Origin: Trichoplax adhaerens
Lineage: Eukaryota > Animalia > Placozoa
Length of the DNA: 64,000 nucleotides
Reading direction: 5' to 3'
Assembly (NCBI RefSeq): GCF_000150275.1
Contig: NW_002060949.1
Location: 147,861 to 211,860, forward strand
In this document: in pieces, positions 40,039 through 54,800 of the stretch
Numbering within the stretch: position 1 is the first letter of the stretch
Layout of the letters: every line of letters starts with the position of its first letter
The notes under the pieces: model-generated
Database searches by the model: none
What the model was told of the DNA's origin: nothing
What the model saw: the letters and a program-made list of their open reading frames with translations, nothing else
Position numbers and translations under genes: made by a program

Positions 40039-43000
40039 TTAACAGCGGGGCTTTTGAAGGCACACATGCTTTATGGACGAAGAACGTGACCTTTTCCCAT
40101 TTTTTAACTTCCATTTCATTAAATCAATACAAGTTACAGCGTCTTCTTTACTGTCATGACCATCATCACCTAAGATGAGTTTGTAAAGCAGGCCAAATTA
40201 ATACCTGAAAATGTTTCTTATGAGCATTAAACTAATAATCGCGCGGTCATGGATTGGTTAATTCAAAAATACAAATAAATTTATTTTTAAGTATTGTAAT
40301 TCTAACCGCTATTTTGGATAATACGCTTTAAGAAATCACGCGCGAGATTTTTTAAAGATCGCTTATAAGGTAAACCACGTCGATGAGGGAATACCAAGGC
40401 TGTATCAACAATCATCTTATGTATTAACTATAGTAGAAGCGAGTACAGCATTAGAATAAATCTCAAATCAGGGTCATGGGTATCATTTTATATATATCTT
40501 TTTACACTACAGGTATATTCAAATCAATATCTACAGATACTAATAACAGATTATAGATGAAATGTTACCTTTAACGATATCAGATCATTTTCGAGTCCAT
40601 GACCTACAATTATCGTATTCTCATAAACGTAACTTAATATTATTGCTTGCGCATCGCGTAATGTAACATTAATGCCGTTCATATCACTTTCCGTAATACC
40701 ACTAAATCTGTAAGAAAATATTAAGTGTTATAAGTTAAATGCATGTCAAAGCGGCTATACGTAACAATCTAAATCACCAAAGAAAATGTTTAAGAAACGC
40801 CCAATCAGGACGGATATTTTTAAAATCGTGTAAAAAGCAAATTCAAAAGATATTACTTACCTAGTATTGTAATCAATGATTCTAGATGACGGTCTTACCA
40901 AACTATCGTAGACGACTTCAGCATTATGATCTACCATAGTTACGCGACATAGTTCTATTCCATTAGCAGTATAGCACTGTATCATATAATTTTTATTGCT
41001 TTAATATGCAATGAATTCTTATTTAGTGCTATAAATAGATGCTCGACAATAATAAGGCGAAAGTTTCTATTTATTTCCGAAATTATTACCATTTCACAAT
41101 CTAAGGCATAAACATTATTTTCTGCTGTTGCCGAAGAAATAGTGGCAACATATCCAGATGACATATCTCCATTATATCGATGTACATGGCTCTAAACGAT
41201 TTAGATTGGCTTATAATGACTACGAATTCATATAATCAAAGATATTGGTAATATAGCGGTAATAAAATGATTGGATACCTTACACCTTATAACTTACTTT
41301 AGAAATTGAACAACCGGCTCCTCCGACTGCTCCATCACAGCAGCTGTAAATATTAACAATCTCCCCAGACACTATAAAAAAAGCACAATTCTTAGTATAA
41401 TAGTTGATCAAATTAATGACTCCGGATTTTACCTTTCTTAGAAATAATTCTACCGAAATGGTAGACGCATTCATCATCAACTTGTGTGCCATCTTTCGTA
41501 ATACAGAACGCTTTTCCACAACGACAACATGTGCATAATCGATCTTGAATGGTAGTTTCAAAATTTTACGATACACATTCGCGCATGAAGTTGATTAATG
41601 AAGTCATTTATAAAATATTGCAATATAATTTAAATATTTACCACCATTTTTTTGGATTACAGGCGAGGGGTATTTTTGTGTTACGTTGTGTATAGCAGCA
41701 GCCCCAGGTTTGTCCGGTACTGGTAAAGGGTACGAATTATCTCGTAAACTGTCAATGCTTGCTATATAATCTTTTAAGCTTTCATAAAATTCTAGTGAAC
41801 GTTTAATAGCCGATCAAATTTACAACGAATTTGATTATACTATATTATAATTATTTCTATTAGCTAACCATTAACTAGAATAGATAACTATTTGTATACT
41901 CGTATTACCTGCAAGATCACTCCTTGCGGAAGATGAAGCCCCTCGTTCGCTTTTACCCTCTCGAAGCAGTTTACTTTTTACCACAGCAAATCGATTTAGG
42001 TAAGTTGATTTCTTAGAGCATCCATTATTAAGATCTTTCTCTTCCTTTTGAGCCTACAAAATAAGTTATAGCAATGTAAGATTTACCCTACAGATTTACA
42101 TTTTGTGATAAGTTAGTACTACATCCAGACAAAAATCCAAAGAAGTATTTTGCTATTATAATTAAATAAAATATGGAGTAATTCGTACTTGTTCATAAGC
42201 TTCTTCTTTATTTGATTCAATTTTTATATATATTTCAACTAAGCTCTCTAAACATTTCTGTCTTATGGCTAGTGGTATCTTTGATCCAGGGGTTGGCATG
42301 ATGATCGGTTTATTTAACTGTATTATAAAAGGTAGATTATCAGAGGTAGTACTGAAGCCTTATTTCAAATAGAAAGTGGCATGGTTTAATAATGTAAGTT
42401 GTTAACCATGAGTTTATAGTACATCGAACTAAAGACTTGATAGAACGAATTCTTAGTCACTACTGTATTGCATCTTAAATTTTATATCATATGCAGTAAC
42501 TGTATATTAACAGCAAATATCTACAATAGTGCATACGGCATACTATTCATTTATAGTTTGATTTTGCTACTTCTTTTATTAAGGGCAGCCAAAGTACATG
42601 CTGAAAAAATATTAATCCGAAACAGTTGCAATAACTGATAGGTCACCATTTTTACATGTACTGTAGTCTGATATATGCAAAGCGCTATAATATGTTTTTA
42701 TTTTTAATACTTTATAATAACGATAATATCTTTGCTTACTTTTTTTGGAACGTGAGCAATACGACGATGTTTATTCTCTTCATCCGTTGACAAAGAAGAC
42801 TTTTCAGAACGCTTAAAACGAAGAAGCCAACAGCATATAATTAGAAAGGGGACTGCATATTATATTAATGTGTAGGTCCCGAAGAAAAGTAGTAAGTTTA
42901 CTACTATTTACTGATAAGATGACCTTATAAGTAAAAGTATAACTTGTTTTACATATAGCCACAATATGTAAGAGTTTTGCATATTATAATTGAATGACAA

Positions 43001-44200
43001 TTGATAGTCGCTGGTTCAAGCATATACTCACTGATATGCCGTAAAGAAAGATAATCATGTATACGACTATTAAAATAGTAGTACTTTAACGAACCTCATA
43101 GCAAGCTATACTTGGATATGATATCTTTTTAGGCACATTTAACAACTTGGCCTTCTTACGTGTTTCATCATCCTACAATTTAGTATATGTGTTATAAAGG
43201 TTATAAAGGAATATACAGTATACTCATTCATTGAACATTTATTAAATTATTCCACAGTAGCATCTTTAACTTTAATTTTTCATGAGTTTTATCCTGGTAC
43301 CATTACTGGTAGGCTATAAGTAACAATCCAATTATGCAAATAGCAATATACAAATTACTAGAATCTACAAATCTCTTTACCACATCAGGGGTATGCGCTT
43401 TTCTCGGCCGCTTAGTTAGAAGTTTATCATCACCTAAAATGACGTTTTCATCAGAATACTTTATTTCTTTAGCTTCCTTGTCTACCTGATCCTTGGTTGA
43501 AGTCGATGGAACTACTTTGCAAGGATTATTGACTACTTCCGGAGTATGATTATTGAAGATTGCTAACAATTGCTGCTGTAAAGTATCACTATTGGTTATG
43601 CTCTCTTGTGATTCTTGAATGTTATCCATAATGGCCTGTGTTATCTCTACCTGAAAAGAATAATAAAATGTACAAGACGTTGTAAGTTATTATTCAATGC
43701 TAGAAGTTAGACTGTACAATTATATTCCGATTTATATACGTGTACTGACTATAGATCAAATTGGATTAACATTATAGTAACTGTTGGTATACTCGCACTC
43801 GTACTTATAGGAATAATTACGGCTGTCAGTTAAAGAAAAACTAGAGCATATCGAGCTAAAACTTTCTGATAGAAATTTTCAAGTACACGCATCATAGGTG
43901 ACATGACTGTATATGTTACATTTGTAAAATCGTTTGCGACTAATCAAACTTTGCTTGATAGATGATTTCTTGTCGTTATATACGTTCGAGCACATTCGGC
44001 TACCTGCTATTTACTGCGATATTTGGAGGCAACAAAGCACACAACATTCATATACTTACTATGCCTGTCTTGTAGTCGCATAATTACCGTTATTGTTATC
44101 GGTATGGAAAACTATACAGGTATGCAATGTCTGGTCCCACTACAAAATATACCTTTCTGCATCAATTAATCTACTCGCACTTTCAAATTCCGTCAGGAAG
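40039..44200 (-). CDS. REXO1: RNA exonuclease 1 homolog (DEDDh), multi-exon; 5' end uncertain
   Basis: [27 protein letters not shown]...CVYHFG, YSCC....[12 protein letters not shown]|[42 protein letters not shown] and GHDSKEDA. Stop at 40039-40041. The start codon could not be fixed. Confidence 0.88.
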
Positions 44201-44679
44201 AAAAGTAACTTAATGAATATGTCTCTTTATGAGATTGTCGGTAAGGTTGTGTACAAGTTATTACATTATAGCTACTGTATTTTAATGAAGTACATGGTGT
44301 GACACCGTTCCACTAGCAAAATGTAAATAGTTATGGTTTTAGCTTACGTGATATGTCAAGGTAGAGATCGAGAGATGGAACAGTTCCTTTAAATGAAAAT
44401 GTAAATAATGCTAAGTGTATTCCACTGCTGACGTTAACATTGCGATAGCTGTATAAAATGAGCAATCAGTGGCTACTACTAAGCCACAATCGGTACTAGT
44501 AATCGAGACAGAGTTCACCAGTAACCATGGTAGGACTCTATCATTTCGCTTTGCAGAAACAAAATGGTATTAATCGTGATTGAGGAGGTCTAAAGTAATG
44601 TCTAAAGCTTGATGGAATCCAATGGTAGCAAATTAGCATTCTTCGAAATTACTTCTCATTCATATTTTGCTCAGTGCCG

Positions 44680-44840
44680 TACAATACTGTACAGTATAAT
44701 GTATTGTACTATACGGTAGCAAGTACTGTACTGTTACAGTAGTACTGTACAGTACAGTATGTGACAGCCAGTAGTGTGACAGTACAGTACAGTACTGTAA
44801 TGCACTGGACTGTACTGTACTGTAGTTTGTACTGTAGGAC
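44680..44840. promoter_or_regulatory. TACAGTA/TACTGTA-rich tract in the divergent REXO1-TTC4 promoter
   Basis: Dense run of TACAG/CTGTA pentamers, e.g. gtactgtacagtacagtat, gacagtacagtacagtactgta, ctgtactgtactgtag. Confidence 0.55.
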
Positions 44841-44972
44841 GAGCAGGCGGCTTTGCAATCTGCAAATCTCAACGTCTGGGTCTGGGATAGCATTCTGCAA
44901 ACGAAAACAGACAAATGCTAATATTTTAAATCTTATACTGTGGTAAACTTGGGATATTTTGTAGTACCAGGT

Positions 44973-47900
44973 ATGTCTGAGGAAGTTCCAAGTAGCGAGA
45001 GCAAGAATGATAACACCAGTCAGGATTATGATGAAGAAGAATGGATGAAGGTACAGCTAAAATTTGCCTCAATAGTGGCTGGATACAGCAGTGCTAATAT
45101 CTGCGAGGGTGTAGTTTCAATCTAAAATACTAGAGCAGTTCTAGGCTGCAGTTTGTGCATATAATGCTCTATGCCACATCTTGTAATAAAGTAGCTTGAA
45201 TTCGATGATGATCCAAATCATCTTATCCATTCACAGTCGTGCATTCAATTTTGACGCTACACTTTACTGTTTCATTGATTATATTACACACAGTGAGCAA
45301 AAATTCGTATGTTTCATAGCTAAAAATGACATGTCATTGCTGGATAACTGCGAATTGACTGCAATGAAATAATTATGCTCTACCATCAATGATTACTTAT
45401 AGTGGTCTTTATTATTTAGGAATTACAAAAAGTACCATTGCTGATGACTGAGCAACCCGATGAAATTGATCCCGAAACTTCTCCTGCGTTGGCAGCGCTT
45501 CAAGCATTAAAATATGAAAACGATGAAGATCCTCCTGAAGGTGTTTATCCTCATACTGTCGAATAACTAGTCATCAATTAGAACATACAGTGTTTTCCTA
45601 TGACCTAGGTGATATCCTCCTGGGTTGGAATCATTTTGAAACATCAATACAAATGTTACCTACGGTGGAAACTACTGTATAAAATAACGAGATGATTTAC
45701 TATTTTAATTTTGCAATCTTAATTTTTTAATTATAAATAGTTAAAGCTGTTAACTACAAAGACGATGGAAATTTTCACTTCAAACGTAAACGCTATCACC
45801 AAGCAATTGCTGCTTATACTGAAGGAATCAAACAGAATTGCGGCGATAATGACTTAAATGCACAATTATACAATAATAGAGGAGCTGCACAATCATATTT
45901 AGGTATCTACTCTTTCAGATATGTAGATATTTTAAATTTTGATTCTGTCTTGTTTGGTATTCACATTGCCGGATAGAATTTATCTTCTATCTAGCTATAT
46001 TAAATGTATTTAAATACTTGTTTGCTTTCCTAAAAATTGCATTGCTGTAACAATAAACATAGTTTTCGAGTTTGATTAGTGTAAATATTTTCGATATCAG
46101 TATGTACTCTGATATTAAAACTTCCATACTAAAATTCTTGCTACCTGATCAGTAAAATGATTCGCTTTCCTGCATTAGGTAATAACAGATCGGCTTTAAA
46201 TGACGCTACGGAAGCTAAGAAATTATCTCCGACATATATTAAAGCTTTCATAAGAGGTAAATTTCGTTATAGGAATTCTATAAAACGAATAAAATTGATT
46301 GTCGACAATATTCCTGTCTTTGATTCTATACTCGAAAGTTAGTAAATTACTTCACTTTTTCGCTTATGTAACTGCTTTATTAATTAATAATCAAAATCGA
46401 TTCGTAGCAACGATTGAGAGGATCATCTTTTAAATTACAGGTGCAACAGCTTGTTTTGAACTTCGTCTTTATAATGAAGCACTAAAGTGGTGTGAAGATG
46501 GCTTAAATATATCCTAAAATTGCTTAAATTTTAACAATGATACTATGGTTGGTAGAATGATCATAAAACGAATGGATATTCAGTCTATGTTGCTTAACTA
46601 TCAATACATAGAATCAGATAATAAAAAATTAAAGGAATTAAAACTTAAAGCCGTCAAAAATCAGGTAATATAGCAACCCGTATTCGATTTTGTAACGTTT
46701 AGAATAGTGTGCTTTATATGCCCATATATGATATGACATGGATAAACCATGCAATAGCTTAAGGTCTATTTATAATTATATGTGTTCCATAATGAAACAA
46801 TAGCCATTGCTGATGTCGATTTAAGGAATACTCTATCCTATTTACAATACTATAAATAGTATTTGCCTAAGAAAGATTTATTGACGTTTGTAATTTTAAA
46901 AGCAAATACTTTTGGATCGTAGAAAGTTAATGCTAGAAATCACCGGAAAGAAAATTTACTTTCCAAGAAGGAAGAGACGTCCATTAGAAATTTAATGCAA
47001 GCCCTTAAGGTTGATTTATTTCTTTTAGCTTTTTTCAGTGATGTTATGAAAAAATGTCGTAAGATACATGTCGATGATATTATGAGTACGCACTGTGCGT
47101 AAAACAGCGTCTAATCTTTACATTACTCGATCGTATTATCAACTTCTTTACTAAGTATCGCTGTAAGAGATATAGTGTATTGGGGGTATTTTTAAATTAA
47201 TGGCATATCTTAATGGTCAATTCGTGTAGGAGCGTGAGGTAACGCTTGATGGATTAAAGTCTTACTCTGATATAGAAACTATGTCGATAAAGGACGTTAA
47301 AGCCCTATTAACCCCTCCTGATCCGATGGGCGCTTCTGCAATGGTTTATCTAAACGAAGAGATGGTAATTCATTGGCCTATCCTTTTTATTTATCCTGAG
47401 CATGGCCAAACAGATTTTATTAAATCTGCCAACGAAAACGATAGGTAAAATTGCTAACTGAAGTTCATCTTAATAATAATAACTTACGCACATATTTATG
47501 AGATTGCTTCACGTGGATATGTTTGATGTACTAATTTTCTGCTTAATATTTCTGTAATATACTGTACAGATTACATTTATCGAGAATTACTATCAATTGT
47601 AGTACGATACAGAGTCAGGGACATATTAAGATCATTAATAAATGTGTTTACAATATCGCACAAATCTTCATTTGAAGACAATTTAAGAGATTTATTGAAC
47701 CTTAGTTCTTTACGGGTATTTTTGGCTTAGATTTATGGATCACTTAATAGTAATGTTTGATGACAATGAAGCCCCACCATGGGATAAGGAAAATAAATAT
47801 AAACTAAAAAACCTTGAAGTAAGAATATTTGTATAGTTGTAACTCTTACAACATAGATATTAAATTAACTGCAACTGTTATTCAGTACAAGCGTAATTGG

Positions 47901-48347
47901 GCCGAAATCTTTTCATCTAACTTTTGTAGATATATTTCGAAGATAAAGACAGCACACAGTTACACCGAATTCATTTGCATCAAACCCTTAAGGAAATATT
48001 GACTGACAAAAGGTACATTACATTTCGGAATTGGTAGAGATCTTGTAACGACAATAGCATGAGGAGATACCAGTTTACAGTTTGTAAGACAATACCTAAT
48101 ACAACATCTGTGTGGTATTCAATGAATATCTCATGGAGATCTAGGTATTAGAAATAATGGCAACACGTATATACGTATACAGTATATAATTTTATTACGC
48201 TGACGTCGTCTTTGGAATACTAGTATGTCTTATTGGATAATCTTGATTATTAAACCATATCGTAGGTTCTGTGTGAAGTATGGCATACCTTCCTTTATAC
48301 TTTTAGTGACAGGTTCGGCATTTAAAGATCATTTTCTGAAGAAATAG
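44973..48347 (+). CDS. TTC4: Tetratricopeptide repeat protein 4 (Cns1-like HSP co-chaperone), multi-exon
   Basis: PLLMTEQP...LAALQALKYE, YKDDGNFHFKRKRYHQAIAAYTEGI, LYNNRGAAQSYLGNNRSALND, KWCEDGL, HWPILFIYPEHGQTDFI, PPWDKENKY and GIPSFILLV. TAG ends at 48347. Confidence 0.93.
46509..46607 (+). other. U12-type (AT-AC) intron in TTC4
   Basis: Donor ATATCCT at 46509, branch-like TGCTTAAC at 46591-46598, AC at 46606-46607. Removal joins WCEDGLN|IESDNKKLKEL in frame; read-through hits TAA. Confidence 0.85.
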
Positions 48348-51300
48348 GCTTAACAATAAGAAATAGTTCAAAATATTATAAGTATCTTAGAAATATTGAT
48401 ATTTGTGAACAGTTATAGTTATTAATACAATACAATCTATGAAAATGGTAATATTGAGTTTTACTTTGTCATTTTACGCTTATTTGATCTGCTGTTTACT
48501 GACATTAATGTCTTCTAAGAAAATATTGCATCAGCGCTGGATTACTATAATTTATTTTTGTAATTGTGTATAAAATTTTGATCTCAAATTTAATTGTATA
48601 CTCTTTCCGTAGATTCGTAAAGGAATATATATCAGCTAATCTCACATTATTATTATCGTAGAGAGTAGAAGAATTCTTACCACTTCCTTTAGTATCTTGC
48701 TAGTTTAATAGTAATTTAAATGAGTAGACTATTTGTTCTAAATAAAATAGTAATCGATGGTAGTCTAATCTACTTAATGAAGGAAATAGAAATTGATGTT
48801 TCATTTAGAATTGTGGCAGTCATCAAAAATTGTAGTAAAATTATCTTATTGTATTGTGTAACTATTTTAATCGTAGTTTTATATATCGAAAATAAAAAAA
48901 TAGACGAGTTTAATCAAAATTTTTATTTACTCATGAATTCTTCCGTTATTATATGAAGCGAAATTTCCCTGCGACTGTAAAGCATGAGTCATTAACTATA
49001 AAAATTATGCTTGCTAAAGCTAATTTTGACTTTAATTCCTCATTTCCTGATCTAACTAACACGTACAATCTACAAAATTACTCTTACCATAGCATGGATG
49101 CTTAAGTAGTATTTACTTTTTATCATTAAGCTACTACATATTTGTGCTGATGGTTACTGAAATTCTAAAGCAATTTTACGTTAGTGAATACATTAGCTTA
49201 AATATCGAAGCGTCATTCAATTCAGGTTTATACACAAAATGCTAAAGTGATAGAATTTTAATAGGAGTTAAAATAGTAGGCAACATGTTATTCGGTACGG
49301 AAAAGTCATTCGGAATTCTAGCACATGTTGTGAATAATATAATGCGAGTACCATATACGATTAACGATACGTTGTTTTAAAATGAAAAAGTATTAAAAAA
49401 TAAAAATTTGTTGGATTATCTCGAACGACTTTCTTTTAAATGAAATAAAAGTATCGACAATATTAGGAAATCACACACCCTAAATGGTAATATTGTTATC
49501 ATTATTTTTAATTATTGTAAAGTCCTTAACGATGTTTCCTATTGAATTGATAATTTTAACGGTACATATTATATACTATCCATTGTTTTAATCTGGCGAT
49601 GTGAAAATAATGTATATATTATATGTATATATACAATCAATCGACATATTGGTGATAAAATTATATAAGTGGATTTAGGATTTATAACTCATTGATGAGA
49701 TTATAAGAATGCATAGTTAAGGTTCTATTATTTATAATGCTTTTGCACACTAATTATCCTTTGTCATTACAACGCTGTCGATCAACTGCTTATATTTTAT
49801 TTTTTCATAACGTTATTTTAATGGAAATGTATGTTCTTTTTTAAAATTTACCTATTCCTTATCAGTCTTTTTATTATTGCTGATTGCAAGACCAATGTGA
49901 CGTTTTCTTAAGCAAATATATCCAAGCATTGCATGTTAACAGTTTTTAACAGATGCTAATAGGAGAGAGAAAAATGCTTGAATATTCTACTATTTAATGT
50001 CGGTATACAATTTTAATAAAATTAGTCATTAGTTTGGGGCTTTTGCAATGTCCAAAAAATTATTTGCATATACACGTATAAAATATGCCTATATGTGTGA
50101 TTGTATATAAATAATAAAAGGTACCTTTACAGATTATCGCCTTTTATAGCCTAACGGTTATTACGATCAAGATATGTGGAAATTGATAATTTTTACTAAA
50201 TATGAATTAAATGTCTTAATGAAGTGCATTTTTTATCTTTGGGCAGATTTCGTGTTAATTTATTTTTTTTTTAATTTTAGCGACATCATTGTTAAACTTT
50301 ATTAAATTTTCATTGACGTAATTTTGATCGCATACCTTTGTAACTTTTATGACCTGCTGTTCATTCTCATGAGTAGTTGAACATGGAAAGTTGAGATAAC
50401 ACTTGCGATACAATCTTAACATATGATTGTATTAGTTTACATAAACTTAATCAATCAAGTTCAGTCAATAATGGGGTATTATCTTGATTCAATATACTCA
50501 TTATCTTCCAGTAGACGACCTAGACAGTAAAGTGTATGCGGCATGTCTGATCTTGATAGACAAGTAGTAAAGCCATGACAGTAACTTTTGCAAGATAAAT
50601 GTAGGAAGAGAGTATAATCTAATCCAAACGTCATAATAATTCAAGGAGAATAAAATAGCAGTACAAAACCATCATTTATTGAACCAGTGGTCTTAAATTA
50701 GGAATCTATTGCCAAATTTTTTTATGCTAAAAAAGTTCAATGTACTGACATTTATTTAAAGACTGATCTTGCACTTTTTGTATTAATAAGGTTTCAATTT
50801 TTTACTCAATAGACAATATAACAAAAAATTAAATTTGATTTCATTCCTTATCGATTGATAAACAATGAAAATAAAATTAATCAATTGTCTTATTTATTCT
50901 AGGCTTTTGATAACGGCATCAATGCTGTTAGCATATGCTTAATTTCTGGTCGATATGATTGGATTGTCAAATTATTCTATTGCAGTTCTATTCTTATCCT
51001 AACATTTGATTGGCTAAAATCAGTATTATCTTAATTAAATAGTCATTATTGAATTACTCTTCAAATGATTGTTGAAAGACGACAAGTGAAATTTGTTATT
51101 AATGTATAGATTTGAAAAATGGTCGATAATCAATAACTAGAGGGAAGACTGATTGAGACTGATGAGAGTGAAAGGAAGTAAGAGCATGAGTGAGAAAATT
51201 ATATAGCAAACAAAAATTCCATTGATGTCATTCTTATTTTTTTCTCTCTCTCACATATATGTCACACGCGTACACATTCTCCTTGTTATAGGCTGTAGAG

Positions 51301-51873
51301 AATGCAATTTTCTACCGCTAGTCAGGGTATAAACGATAGTCTTGCATTCAATATTTGTCATAATCATTTGATCTTAGTTGGGTAGTCAACTTTAATGAAA
51401 TCTATATTAATCCAATTGCTATTCGTAAATCATTACTCTATTACATAAGATTAACATTTTTTCCATAAGTCCTTCAAGTTGGTGAAGTATTAATATCATC
51501 TACATAGTATTATATCAACTGGGAAAGATCTGTATTAAAATATATTCGTATAGTGGATTAATTTAAGGTGAAAGTTTTATCCAACCAAAATCTTTGCTCC
51601 TTGAATCAATTAATCTTCTGCTTAATAATTCCTGGCTAAGCAAAAAAAATTCCAAAACAAAAAGGAAGAAGAACAATTTGACTTATGTCGAATAATATCA
51701 GTGGTCTTATAACTTCTTAGTACTCATTGCTTGCTTGGTGGTGGTGGATTCTTTTGCTTTCCACAATTGCATTTTTTTATATTTATTGAATATCGCTTTC
51801 ACTATATAAAGTAAGGACAGCTTCCTTAATTTAACCGCTGCTTTACCAGATCAATCATCATTCAATCAGCAGA

Positions 51874-54800
51874 ATGGTGGTAAAACCACTGGCATTGTTG
51901 GGTTTACTTGCAATAATCAACTTTGCTACGATTGCTGTAGCCAATTTGGATAAATTAAAAGTTTGCGAAAAGATTTGTAAGGCATCGGTGAGTTTGTTGA
52001 TTATTTTATAGTGACATAAGCTACCAATTGATTATAGAACTAGCTACTAGTAGCAAATGTCGCTCGGTATGCATAATTTTATCGACAATTTATACTTCAT
52101 GTTATAAGTACGGAAAGTAGTATTGCAAAGAATTATTCAGTTTATGAAAAATTCAACAAAGACTAGCTCTAATTTTTTCATAGAAATTATGAAGCCACAT
52201 AAAGATTGATGATACAACTGAAGATATACAATATTAGAGAACTAAATAAATTCTCTCCTGTACCTATAAACGCCTACAATATTTGTAGATTTTTCAACTA
52301 GTTCATGGTTATACTTTAGAATAGCATTAAGGTTGATTCGATTGATATACAGTATTTATGCCCTATAGAAAATGAAAGCTACTATTAATGAGATTAGGCA
52401 AACATTGAGTTAGTAAGACTACTTGATCGGGTTACCTGCGGTACGATATTGAATAAAATTGATAACTTCTAGTACAAGTTGATGGGAAGGTGTAGATATT
52501 ATATCGCCATTCAGTGGAAAAGTACAAGCGTATAGTGTATTAGGGTAATAAATAATTTATCGCTATTCCTATCATTACCCCCAATATTGCACTCTATTAT
52601 ACAAAAAGTGTACGTTAAAGTTTTTTTACAGTCTGATTCAATTTCACTTTCTCGCGAAATTAAAGTCATCCTTAATGAGAAAGATATTTAATCGATATCG
52701 AGCAATTACAATCATCATCCTTGTTGCAGTGATGCAATGGCTAATGAATAAATTAGCCGTCAATCATCGTTCATTTAGCAGCATTGCAGTTGAGCCATGA
52801 TACTGTGCATTATGGAATTTGAATAGTGGTGTAAAGTAAATAAATAATTATCTATATTAAAATATTGATACAGAAAAGATGGAAATCTTCATATGGTCGT
52901 TCCTGTAATTTTTTTTTCTGACAATAGGTTGCAGTCTGCATCACTTAAATCCTTCAATATTGATATTTTGTTAGAAAATCATTTGATTTAAGCATTTTAT
53001 TTTGTTATGCCACATTGTATCGACGTATTAAGTGAAATCTATTCGATTGGCTTTAATTTATTTATGAATTTCTTTGATAAGTGAATAAAATGAGGAGGCA
53101 TTTAATCACCTACAGACAATGCAAATTTAACAAAAAGATTGCTTTCTTTTTTCAATCTATTCAATTCATGGCAGGAGTACGTAGACATAGGCTAGAGTCA
53201 AAAGAATCTATGAATTATGATGTCTCCTTAGTGACTGTTGAACATATTATTTTTATATTACTTTTCTTGGGAAATGATTATTTTGACGTAGTCTTGTTAC
53301 CCAGTTGGAGGAAAGAATGTGTAATTTCACTTTACTTTGTATTACAGCGCATTAAAAATTCTCACCAACACGAGTATACGATAGATATTTACTTTGCCAA
53401 GGTGATTGTTTTATGCTTAGACAAAACTTAATGTGGAAGAACGTTTACTAGCGTGATGGGATTAAGTCTAAGATAGAAAAGAGAGACAACAATACATATT
53501 TGTGTTGAGATGAAGTATGACCATGATTTTGTTATCTAGTGAGAAAGGAAAGATACAAATTATTAATTATCTACAGTAGATATAGCAGAGTTACTCAGAT
53601 TAGAATCTTAACTTTATCAAGAATTCTAGTTGACGATTTTGTTAAAGAAGCTTAGCTAAAAATACTGTCTGACATGATAGTAATTTATACAAAGAAAATA
53701 TAACATTGCTCGTTAGACTAGCGATAAGAGTGAATAAGGTTATAAATTAAATTTAAATTGTCCCTATAGCATTTGTTTGCATTAAAATAGTATCGAAGCA
53801 AAGACTTATGGTGAAAAATGATATTTAATATCCGTTTATGCCACCAAAACTTAGATTCTCTAGAGAAATTATTCGTGATCATTCAGTTTTAAGAATGGTA
53901 TCCTAAATTTAGATTGAATAATTTTAATCTTCACATCACATATCTGGAATGAACAACATTAGGTTTTCTGGAGAGACAATGATTTTAATTATCCGATTGT
54001 AATACCGTTGTCCGAGGAGAAACTATGATTGTCCAATAATTATAATAAACACCTTATCCTTGTATTATCTAGAGTAATTTTGACCTTCACTTCGCGTACT
54101 GATATATGTTAATAGCATCACACTAAATTTCTGTAGCGATCGTAATTTTTCTGCGATAATATCCCTTTGTGCTATAAAGGATTTCAGTCTTCAATTTACA
54201 TGTTGGTTTTATAATTAATGTGATGTAAATAGTAGTTTTCCTGCGGAAAATATAATGATTCAATAATAAAAGCATTGCCATAGTCTATGCCCAATAATTA
54301 TAATTTTAACCTTCACTTTGCGTAATGGTGTTCTTTCAATGAAAAGCTTATTAGCAGGACTGCTAGCACTAGGGACTGTATATAATTATACAGCTATAAC
54401 AATATCAGTGATACGTGTAAATAGACCTAATCAGTTATTATTTTTATTGTATTTGCTACGTTATTATCCTTGATTTGCTTATTCATATGGTATAACTGAT
54501 TACTAATTAATTATTACCATTAGGGCTTAAAGGCAGACGACGAGAAATATTGCCTGAAGCAATGTATTATTAAAATTCGCACAGGTTAGTTCAAGATGCA
54601 TCAAATTTGTGATATATACTTGATACATGATCTTCATGGACTATTTTTGACTTAAATGTGGTTACCTTACACCTATGGTATTCGATCCGCTAGACAGATT
54701 AATTTTACTCATTTTAAACTTAAATTATTGTGTTACAGCAAATCAACCACGGGTTATCGTGCGTGAAATTTCTACTGGTGTATTCAATATTTCATGGAAT

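Noticed and set aside
44660-44946. Three overlapping short ORFs rich in Y/S/T/V/Q/C
   Set aside because: Artefact of the stop-poor TACAG pentamer tract, not coding.
53081-53431. 116-aa ORF in the first intron of the anosmin-like gene
   Set aside because: Non-ATG start, AT-rich intron-like composition, and no WAP-type cysteine pattern or other domain.
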